DNA from: Catajapyx aquilonaris
Taxonomy: Eukaryota
Length of the DNA: 64,000 nt
Assembly: GCA_000934665.2 (NCBI GenBank)
Contig: JYFJ02001843.1
Coordinates: 1-64,000, forward strand
Reading direction: 5' to 3'
In this document: one piece after another, positions 14,101 to 26,100 of the stretch
Position numbering within the stretch: the first letter of the stretch is position 1
How the letters are laid out: each line of letters starts with the position of its first letter
Translations under genes and position numbers: made by a program
Notes under the pieces: model-generated
What the model saw: the letters and a program-made list of their open reading frames with translations, nothing else
What the model was told of the DNA's origin: nothing
Database searches by the model: none

Positions 14101-17100
14101 TACCACAGTACTCACCGAGCCATAGTCTCTTGGCGATGCTGGGAGGGAATATTAAGTGGAGCAAACTGATGTTCTTCTGCCTTTCTTTATCAACAGCTTG
14201 ACTCGCTTCTTGGATGGAATTTTTAAGTTTGTCCATGCGTCTTTTCAGACCGTCCTGGAAATACAGGGGAAAAAAAGAGAGAAAAAGGGGGTTGTTGAAA
14301 GGTTATGGAAAGTGAAGCTCACTTTTTGGTGGGTGTAACAGCAGGAGATGCTGCTGGGAATCGATATATGCCAACAGAAGTTTGATACAATATTGCTTTT
14401 CGTTCCCACAGTGATGCAGCATTTTGCAATGTAATATCTAATATTTGGGGGGAAGACTTGATTAAAATATGTTGTTGGAGAAAGTTTGGAAGCGGATGCA
14501 GCTGCCTTTTTTCTTCATAAATATTATGCAAAACATGTTTTCATTTTCTGTGTTCACTGTTCAGTGTGGGAGGTTGCAACCGAGTTTTCCCAGCTTGTTC
14601 TTTCTGTCAAAATTTGTTCAACATTGCCTGCTTTGTTACAATACAGGAAAATTGGAAAACTAGATACAATGTAAACAATAGTTTTATGATTATGCACGCT
14701 TTGAGAATTGAAAAGTGCTGTCACAATATAGATGCTTGTTTTTCCCGGATTCATTGGGCGTAATGGAGATATTATTACAGCACATTACCGTGCATGTGCT
14801 TATTCATCCGCTCCTCAGTTCTCAGTAGGTTGTGGATTTAATAGTCAATATGCTACAATTGTTACCATCAAGTTCTATGAAGCGTGGCACAGCATAACAA
14901 ACTGTACAGGCCTATACAACGAACCTTATTTGTGATTTTAATTTTAGCAATTATTCAACCGGCCATATAATGCCTCACACATCCGCGGATTGTTTCAATA
15001 GTATATGTAAAGTTACATGGTTCGCCTAACTTATAAAAAATGACTAGGTAGAATATCAATGTGCAGAAAAAGTGTGGTCATATTTTGATACATTGTCGAA
15101 CATTTTCTGCTGGCTCTTCTGTTAAAGAGTGTGATCACATCCTCACTTTTTCCATCGCCGCGTCTCCGACTGTCAAAAAATGTCCTATATTTCCCAGCAA
15201 TAGAAAGGGGGGATTCGCGGAAGCCCAAGGTCCATTGCGTCCAATTAAGGCCAATTTTGAACCTCCCGCAGCTCTTTTTTTTCATATTATTTTCTCGCCC
15301 CACCGGCCCCTGAAGAGACTCGTGCGCGATGTGACGAACACTTCAACAATGTTCGCCACCACCACCAGAAGGACCATGGAACTTGAAATGCCCAAAATTC
15401 CTTTCCCGCAGACTTGACACTAGGGACCATGAAAAAAAAATGCTCGCGAGGGACCCCCAAAATGGCCGCCTTACAAAATGGACGCGAGGGATCCACAAAA
15501 TGGACGCCTTACAAAAATGGATGCCTCAAAACCACAACTTGCGTGATAATGAACCTGAAAAATTGCTTTTCCGCACGAGCTCGTTGTCTCTCCGTTATTT
15601 TATTTTTTTTGCGACTGAAAACTTCTGGATCCTATTTTTTTGTGTGTGCCGAAAAGACGGGGATAACTAGATGCAAACAGACGGCTGAAGAGAAGAGGCG
15701 GGAGTGTGCCCGGATTTCACCCAAACTTTGTCCCGGATTTATATAACTAGGTGGAAAGCTGCCATTTGTTCGCAGATGTTGGGATCAGCGGATGGCGACG
15801 AATTCATTTCCTGAACAGCCAACGTCAAAAGGGGGGATTTAAACTTTTTAAAATGGCCGCCTCCCCCATACAAATAATGGCTTTTAAAAATGTATATGAT
15901 GGACGTGGCCGTGTTTTTGAAAAGGATAGTTGAAAAGGACCCCTATCCTATTCATACATTTTTTTTTGGAGCATCGTCATCCGGCAACGCTGATATGGGG
16001 GGGGGGGGGTAAGGGTCAAATGCGGCTTCCTCATTTTGGCTTTTTGCCCACCGCATTCCAATTAATGGGAGGGGGTTTTGCACCGTTACCCCCTTCAACC
16101 CAAACGCAAGCCCTGAAAAGACGGAGTAAATTGACTGCGTCACAAACATCAACTGCAGGACCCCTCGCTTGGTATAATCTCACAGTCGGTAAAACGAAGG
16201 ACAGGATTAATTATCCATGCAATAAGCACTGATCTCGATGAATAACTCCACCTTATTAATCATGCACATAATTCCGCGCCGTTTCTGTCGTTTAGGTGAC
16301 AAATCGGACGTAAATCACAGGCTATTTATAACCGCTTCAAAAGAGCTCTCGGGGTTTTGACAGAGTGTAGGACCATAGTATAGCCTTGTTGTAAATGTAA
16401 CATCGACCGATCGCTGTGTGTGGTTTTCATGGTATTCAACCGGCCACGACCAGTTAGAATCCTCGGGGGTACACACAAAAAGAGCGTCTGCTTGATACCA
16501 CCAGCAAAATGAAATGAAGCCAGGCATTAAACGACCAAGAAAATAAATCAGGAAGAACGAAAAGCGGATAAAAGTCTCACAAAAAAATTTACTGTAAACT
16601 GCGCGACTAGTACTGTACCAGCGCAGTAAAACCTGGTAATTAGCAAACCAGCAAACTAAGCTGGAAAAAAACTACCTGTGCTCTGTAAAACACAGTGCAA
16701 GCCACTGTAATTAAAGCAGCAAGTAAGGAAACATTTTCCAATCACATTCTTCAACATTTTCATGCGCGTTGTTTCATACAAGTACAGTACAGTGCATGTT
16801 TCAGCATATTTTCTCCCTTCCAAACATAGTGCATAAGTTACGCGCATCAAACAATAATGGCAAATAAACAGGCGGATGAGGTCAAACCGCGATTTTCATT
16901 AACATAAGTGAATTCATAATAACCGCAAATTAAATCAGCGACTGACGCCAGCAGCGATGAATCTCAAATTAACCGACAACAAACAAATCGTAATAATTGT
17001 TAATTAAATTAGTGGAAACCAGTGAAATCAACTGTTATTTTTTTTGGTGGATTTATAGGGCATCCAGTGTTTGCTCAAGAAAATGGGACACTGCTTCTGT

Positions 17101-20100
17101 GGACAAACACTGTGGAAAAAAATATAAAAAATCTTGACGAGAAGAATGTGATAAATCCCACCCATGCCCGTCCCTGTCAGGCACCTGGCGGCGTTGCCAC
17201 ATATATCTGACCCCGGCCTCTCCCTTACTTTTTTTTTGGACCCATCATGAATGGCCCGGAAGAGAAATGAGTGTTCCGTGTCGCGCCGACATTAATGGCG
17301 TGTCCCGAAGGGAGACCCCCAGGAAGATGAAACGAGGTCGGGCCTTTTCCCTGCTCTGCTTCCTAATCATGAAGAGGCGAGATTCCCAGGTGGGATTTCA
17401 TAATGTGTATTTACCTGCGCCCTGGATTGCTCCCCGACCAGGATGACCTCTCTGGTGGCATCGTGGATCGGGATGTCCGAGATGTACAGGCCCCGTCCAG
17501 TCAAAGCCTCCAGGCCGTCCAGCAAAGGCGATCCAAGGAACAGGAGGGAATCGGACTCTGGACAGTGAACCATCTGTCCTTTCAACTCCATGCCCTGATC
17601 GAAAAAGGAGAAGAAACTATTTAACTGTACATAACTCTATTACCAAAAGCAGCATCATGTTGGGTTGCATCATGCCAGGATGAAACAAATTAGTATACCG
17701 TTTGCTTAACATAATTTTTTTTCTCCACTAATTAACACTGTACTTGGAGCGCTGTATCATCCTGAAGCATATATCTCTAGCTTCATGAATGCCTACCAAA
17801 AGCGGGAATGCTCAACTGAGGAAAGCAATTTGCTCGGACTGTTTACCCCGGATGCTGTGCGTGCATCATCCGTTGCAAAATAATTTCTGGAGGCGGCCTC
17901 TTATCTTTCACAAGTGCTCCCAGGGTCGGGGTGTTTTTTTTTGCAGGCGTTAATTTCCCGGAACGTGCTTGCAAAACACTCCCAGCGTAAATAAACCATG
18001 TAGCCAAGCTGGCTTTTTTTTAAAAAAAATGTTGAAGTTTAAGAGGGGGTTCATTAACCCCCCTCACAAAGTTCTGGGTTTGACTTGACGACCTATTAGC
18101 AAGTGCTGCCATCAATTCTGGAGCAGGGTTGATAACCGTGCAAAAAAAATGAGCTGCCAAATTGCCTTACCCTCCGACAATTGACATATTTGCGAAAGGC
18201 CACTCAGGAGATATGGCCTCATAAACTAGAGTATATTTTTCCCCCTTCTTGCGGTAAATTAGGTGATAAAAAATACTGTGGGTTTTTTTTTCTCTCTCTC
18301 CTCCCAGTAGACCTGGCTTGGGAGCTTTAAAGCACTCGAGTTAGTCCGTGGTTGCATGCGTTGAATTAAGCCTCGTCCGCATGGATAAACAGTCTAGATG
18401 CAGACGGGCGCATATAAATATTAATGTGTGCTTTTTGGCTGACTATAGCCAAATGAATTATGAGGGGAGTCAGCCTCTCGATTGGGGGCTTCCATTATTC
18501 AATTATGTTACAATGTTCTTATAGTTTGGCTGCATGAATATTTTTTCCCGCAAACATCAGGAAACATTATGGTGAAGCATAAATTTTTCGTTTGATCCTT
18601 ATACACATAAAAATTTTCATAATCGGAAGTTAATCGGACTGGAATCGTTCAGAAGTATAGTTAAAACATTATGCCCTCAAGTATCGTAGCATCTGTGACC
18701 ATGCAGCAACGCAACAAAAACAATAGACTATATATGTTCTAGGGTAATAGTCTCCCAAACTTTCGGGTGTTCTGAACGAGGCTGGTTTTATACCAAATTC
18801 GTACCCGCCGAAACGTACGCTCCGGAAGAATATGTCGCATTTGTATGTAAATGTGGTTTTCCTGCTGAATGTGATTATAAAAGTTACTTAACAAAAGTAC
18901 TATTAGTTGAATAATCACTGCTTGCTTGTGACAGCATGTGCACTAAGCGCGTAGAATATTTGGCTCAGCTTTTCGTATATGAATTGATTATGGAAAATTT
19001 CTCATGCAGTGAAATTCTTCAATCTATAATTAGTTTACAGTGCTCTTTTCTGCTGATTCTCTGCAATATAAAATGGAAATAGCCTCTTCATATTTAAAGA
19101 ACCCGACACTCTAATACAATATCCAGATTGTGTTTGACGCATCTTTATCGCAAATATAGCTTTTGAATTTTCAATATTTTCTTATCTTATGTGTGTCAGT
19201 TTTTTTATTCGTACGTTTTATTTTGTGTGTGGAACATGCCTGTAGGTTACTTTACTATCTACAGTGTGTATAATATCGAGCATTTTTTTCGTTCTCTATA
19301 CACATACGCACTGTGCTGCATTTTTCACTTGCTAAAATTTGTTTTCATGGCAGGAATGTGCTGCAGGAAATGTTACAGAAAACATGCGAAAAGAGTATGC
19401 ACAATAACAATTCTTCGATGATGCCATTTCCACAGAACACTGCATTTTTTATAGAACTATAGCAAAACTAGTAAGATGATACTCAGTTGGAAATATTTTT
19501 GCATGACACTGCTATGACTTCAGGCACTGTAATGACAGCTTGGGTTCGATTACTCCATCACTTGCTATATCTGTTTACCATTATCCACTTTTTTCCCCCG
19601 AAGCCCGCAAAGCAAAATTAATGTTTATAACTTCCTGAAAGCTTGACTTATGAAACAGAACAACAGACGAGACCTACTAATGAAATCTCCCGGGCAACTC
19701 CCCTTTTCATATCATCTAAAAATAATACGCTATATGGTGCTGGGTACAGCAGCATGAAGCGGCGAAAAAAAAGTGCGAATATGTCAGTCTCCATCTCAAA
19801 GGGCGTGTGCTATACATTTCACGTGTTTTGTTTGAGGAGCTGTCATTGTGACGGATGAACCCGCCACGTCAAAGCATCCTTTGAAGCAGCAAGCGTGTCT
19901 GTTTGTGCAAAAAGAGCTGCGTTACTTACACTCCGTTTAATTAGTTGCCATTGCTAAAAAAAAATCCTCGGTCAGGCCATGTGCGTGAGATAACGCAATA
20001 AAATCTTTCCAGCCACCCCAGGCTGTCACATGCAGGGCGTGTCCGGTGCAGAAACGGAAGTTCGCAATTCGCGCATCATTTTTCTGTGCATGCAAATCCG

Positions 20101-23100
20101 CCATTACATTACACATGGCGGTAAATAATATTCTCATCTTCTATAGAAGATGAGAATATTATTTACCGCCAATAGGCTGGCTCCAGTTGTCAGCACAGCT
20201 CCAGATTATTTTTAAAAAGGACACATTGCATAACACATGCATTTACTTCATATCTCAAACAACTTTAATGCAAACCGTCAGTTCGCACAATTTTGCACGT
20301 TCTTATCGACGTTTCTACCACACATTCTCCACATAAAATCCGGCGCACCCATATATTTCCATTTTTATCCACTGATATTGTATAACTGTAACGAAGCAGT
20401 AGCTGGCCGGCGAATTATTTTCAGTCCGCTTGATGTTAATAAAAATGCAAATTTTTAATTTAATAGGGTTGACAACTGGAGCGCACGACACGTGAGAGAG
20501 AGAAAGACGAGAATAATAATTCGCAAGAGGGCCCCCGACTTTTTTCTTTTTAATCTCTCGTCGTAACTGACACTGAGGTTCAAGTAACTTGAGACCTTTT
20601 TATGCAGATGACAACTCTGCTTTGCTTTAACATTTCAACCTAACACAGATATGACAATGGGAAAATTTAACATGCAATAAATTTTTTTCTGTGTAATAAT
20701 TGCAAAAATATGATAGTAAATGACTGACCTCTGTGAGCTCACTGTTTTGCTCAGTGGAGACTCGGATAAGCTTGAATGTGAAAGGCGTGTTGATTCTCCT
20801 GAGGATGTCGTCGAAGGTGAGCCTGACGTTTGGTTCCAGAATGTCAAAAAACCTGCTGACCGACACTCCTGCTCCGTCAGTTCCTTTCACCTCTTTGCCG
20901 AAGATCTTGGTAAAACCGTTCCCCAGTTGCACCAACTGCAGTTTCCTATCGCACACGAAATGCCAAGGGAACGCGCGACAAAAAGTGGCCACACTGAGCT
21001 TGAGGTCATTCGGGTCAGATGACACCTCCTGAGTAGACCCACTGCCGACCACACTTCCGAGGACAGTGTAGTCGAACTGAGTCTTCCCCGAGGTCGTACC
21101 GGTCCTGACCTTGACAGTGACCTTTGTTCCGAAGAGGTCACTGGCGATGCCCCTGAGAACCCCAGCCAGAAGATGACCTCCAGAGACGCGATCGGTGGTG
21201 AAGGACAATCGGAGCGTGTTTCCGTCAGACGTGCAGATAAACTGGTCCTCTTGGGTGCTGAGTACCTCGCTGGAGTTCCTCAAAACGTCGTGCACTCCGT
21301 CCAAGTTGATCAGGAACTCGTGCAGGTTGCATCCCAGCGAACGGAACGCTGATTCGTACTTCGGTACGCACACGGACGCAAAGTTCCTGCCAAGTTCCTC
21401 CAGGAATTCTTCCACATTGCGATCTGGAAAGGACAGTGAATGAAGAAGGTCACAACAGCCCCAATCGCCTTCTTTACAAGGTCATGTTATCCTGGCTACT
21501 AAGAGCAACCCACATGACATTTCCGAACACATGCTGGCGTGACATACAGGCGACCACACATCTTTTTGTGTCACAATCGTTTGTGAAACTCTCCCATTAT
21601 TAGGAATAAAGGACTCCATGTTCTAGTGAACCGGCTTGATTATTTTGGGTTAAATGTAACCGTTGTTCGGGTATAAGTGGACCGCAGCTGCCCATTCCAG
21701 AGAGTTCCCCCAAGCGTAGTAATTAGTCATCTCAATTTCCGGATAAGGTCTGGCCGGCCACAAAGCTCTACTTAGTTCGGTGATTGTATGTAAGTGCAAT
21801 AATTACTCAACTTGCATTTTGCGAGTAGGTAATGCTTTTGGTATCCGCCACATTTCCTGTACGCCCACCTGTGTAGGTGCAGTATCAGTTAGACATTTTT
21901 TTTTGCCCAAAGCTCAGTAATTTTGTGCAGAATGCTATCGAAATATAGCAAGAGCCTAAAATTTAGATGTATTAAATTCGCAAATTTTCAGAGTCGTAGC
22001 CTCAATTCAAATGCATATATAGGCTATACTCATCACAATAAATTTATTGGAAGCAGATACTTCAACAACCCTAAAAGCAGTTGCATCTTTATATGAAAAT
22101 CCGTTTGTGAAATATTCTGGAAACGTCAATAGGCTCCTCTTGAACTATGTACAAAGCTACGCACTTGAAGCACTGTAACTCTGGTCTGACAGATTCATGA
22201 GCTGTACTGTACATGTTGCATGTACATTAGTATTGTGCGACCAAGTCAAAGGGACTGATACATGTTGTAAATTATTATGTTGTGCAGTGGAATTAGGCAT
22301 GGTAATAATGATTTAAATGTTTTTTGTCATGCTCTAACGCGTAACCTCAGATCTCCGCATCAAACATTCAATTGGCAGGCGACATATAGGGTATGTTATT
22401 TATCAGAGAGCAATCCTCACCTGTGCAGTACAATTAGATTCGAGCAAGCTCACATTATCCATTACGTTAAATAACTTGACAGCAACATTTAGATTTATTA
22501 CCTGCATATTCCCAAAGAATTTTCTTATCCGATCTCAATCAGTGTTTGAAATATGTTGCTTTTGAATTTGGAAGGTAAAAGATTGAGCCCACTTTTTTTT
22601 CCGGTTGCTGTCTAATCAAATGGGGGCAAAGATTGCTGTTTTTCCTTGCCAAGAGGGATTTATCGAATAATCCGGAACCAGACTTTATCCGTTGTTCTGA
22701 TTTCTCCAAAATGTATTGAGTTCTTGTCTCGAATCGCTGCATATTCACAAGGGCTCCGCAGCCAATATCGTAACCTGAAATCCGTAGATTTGCCCCCTAC
22801 AGTGCTCTTTCATGTTTACGTAATGTTTCTCAGTCAGATAACGTCATTTTCTATGATTGCCTCGAAATACCTTGATTTTTTTTCCTCCCCTTTCAAAATC
22901 GATTTATGGTTATTCCTCTACATTTTTGATTGGCATGTTCCCAGACTATGCATGAATGTATATAAAGTGCTCACTGTCCGAGAAGGATGTATGTGAATAA
23001 TAATTTGTTTGATTCCAGTTGACAGCTTATTTTAAAACAGTTATTACCAGTCCAATATTCGCTGCTAATTAGATTGAACTGTTGAGTCGGCCTTAAATTT

Positions 23101-26100
23101 AAGTTATTTTTCTTACAATATTAAAGACTAACAACCCTCGCAGATGTGCAAAAGCAAAAGTGTAAATTTGCATATCGATTATTAAAACCAATTCCTTGCT
23201 TTACTCTTATCTAAGTTACAAATAACAGTGTTATAACCCGTTATTCCCATTGGTTTGTTCTACAGAGGCTCAAAAAAAGTGGGCCAAAAATAGCCTCCTT
23301 TTAAAACATTCAAAATGAACACGTTCTTGTAAGCTGCACAGTTGGCAAATATACAGTGGTCCTATCGATTTTTGGGAAGCAAGGCGGGGAGGTGGGCCAA
23401 ATCTGCGTTTCTGGCTGGGGTACAGTGGGAGGAAACCGTTGGAATTCCACTGGCGCAATGAGACTTTCTCGATAAGAATTGCGCGCGACCCAGAGAAAAG
23501 CGACGGCGGGTTCGTTCTCGCATGCATTGCAAAGGAGGAAAGGAAGAGAAGAAGAAAAAAAAAACGTCTCAATTCCGTCCAAAATCCAGCATCCGGCGCA
23601 GTTTAAGGGCTTGCTTGAGACGTACGCGGAATACTTAGGCTTTCGTAACAAGCGAATATGAAACGACCGCCAAACAACCATCTAACAATGGGGGCTTTGG
23701 AAACGAGGCTTCTGCAGGTGCGTCTCTTCCATGACTGAGCTACTTTTTTCCAAAGAGTAAAAAAGATCAAAAAATGAACGTGTCAAAAGGTGATCGATGC
23801 AGTGCATTTGGACATAACCGCGGCTATTTGCAGCTGAATTATGAATAAAATGGATATAGCCTACTATAAAAGGTGACAAAATATGTCGCTTTCACCTATC
23901 ATTCGTTGTTGTCACCAGGTTTTCTTCAAAGGCGAACTTTGGTTCGGATTATAGTTTGAACAGAAGTTCGTTTCTCTGCGTGGCATCGTTTAATCCGTGG
24001 CAAAAACGGATATGAGAGTCATAGCATTTACGCGGATATTGCAAATTGCTGCATCCTACAATTCCCCCCCCCCCCCTCCAGCTCTGTTCATCCAAATATT
24101 CATTTAATCTTCTGGAGTGGGTTTGGGAGAGAAGGGAATGCTCAAAATATGTTTGTCATGCTGGGAAACCTTTGATCTTCATTTGGGGGAAACCCGAGTA
24201 TTTTTTATTTCTCCTGATGTTGACTCCCGTCTGTCTTTTTGTGCTGGTAAACTGTTCTAAATGAAAATGGGCTAGTAGATATCAAATCATGTCCAGACAG
24301 CAGTGGTACAAACAATGTGTACTGGACCATCATTGGTACAAACAATGTGGACTGGACCATCATTGGTACAAACAATGTGGACTGGACCATCATTGGACAA
24401 CATAATGCAGAACAAGAAAGCAAGATATCCTGTATAAGTTTCCGCAAAATGAGTCCTTGCGTAGTTCTGCAATAATAATATAAACCAAGCACGTAAAGCT
24501 CTTTATGAAGCGAGGCGTTGCTAATTACATGTTCAGGTGTGCGCCTCTGGGGGCTAAGATTCCCTTAATTAAGATTTGGAGGCTGCAGGTCTTGCATTCT
24601 CTCTCTCTCTGGTGGATATGTTTTTAGGCGGTGTAATATACGTAATTTCACTTTCCCCCTGTTGTGCCTTGCTTCTCATTTCGGCCAAACAAATTAATGT
24701 CTAACTCTGGAAAACACGGGTACCACGCCACATTCATTAACAAATGGGGCCCTAAATTTGCAGGTGGGAAGGTAGGCAAGAGAACGCATAAACATTAATT
24801 TTCTGATCAGCAAACTTTTCATCACGCTTCTCATTTTAGTGCGAAAACTGCGGCCATACTGGATCCATTTCTTGTTCCTAAAAAGCGCAACTTTTTTTTT
24901 GCATCAAGTCTGGCGCATTTTGAAGTCATTCGTTAGATCCAATGACGTGTGTGCTGGACGGACATTTTTTTGGCAGCTTAAGGTCAGAACATTGCTTTCG
25001 ACGCTGATGTAACCATTTCAGTCAAGCACGACAGATTGTATAAACCCGTCGTTGAAATGGCCATATCAGGTTATAGCTAATGCGGAGAAAAACAGGTTCT
25101 TTTTTTCTCTGTTTTCTTTTTGAAGGGCTGCAGCTGACAGAGCTGGAAGCAGAAACCGATGGCGCTGTCGTTGCCTTTTCTACTAGGAAAAAGAAATGGA
25201 CCTACTCGGATGGCTTCTGATAATAATACCAGTTTTTTTTGAGAGTGTCTGCTCTCTATGGAAACAGCAGGATTGGTCCAGCAGGCTATCAGTCTTGTTA
25301 AATCATGCTCATAAACTTGGTGCACTGTACTGCTGGAAGTGACATGAAAGAGCTGAGAGTGAAGTTTGCCAATTTGAATTTCATAAAAGTCTGAATGTCT
25401 TGACCAGTTAGAATCGGACACACTTTTGGGACTGACATTAATTGAATAGTTGTCAAGTCACTTCTTCACCCACAAGTGTGCACCTCATATTTTTTCCCCC
25501 TTGCTTCGTATTATTTCTTTCTCAGCCAGAGGCTGGTTCGAGTAATGACTCGGAATGAAATTACTCTCATTGCAAGAGTGAGGATAACAGCTTTTTTTCC
25601 ACACCCAGCCATGTCATTTCCTTTGCAACCAAAAATTTTTACGGCGTCACTGTTGTGGTACATATTTTCCCCCCCTCTCCTCTTCCCCATCATTTCACAT
25701 CAACCCCCTCCAGTGCAAACTTGCAGTGCGGATAAGTGTGCAAATTTTCGCACCGATAAACTCGACACCGAGACCAAATGACATGGATGTCACATTAGTA
25801 GGGCACTAGTTCGGAAATTTATTTCCAGCCATTTCGCGAGAGAGGGTGTGACGGTTCCCTGCCCTTCGCCAGTGAATATCTTGCATTAAACATGAGTTCC
25901 CTTTTTTTTCCTCACTCGACTCGAGCCAACAGTTATAAACCGTATCTATTTTTGCATGGCTTCAGATCTAAAGGTTGGTTACTTCTATCTCTCTCTGCTG
26001 CTTGGTTTCGAGAGGTGGTGAAATTTGGGTGCAGAAACGGGCAGGATTCTCCCCATTTCCGCATTAAGTGCACTTTGATGAACCGCGTGGAGGTTTGCCA

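Noticed and set aside
24304..24396. Repeat array as CRISPR-like
   Set aside because: Head-to-tail units without unique spacers, in a eukaryotic intron.
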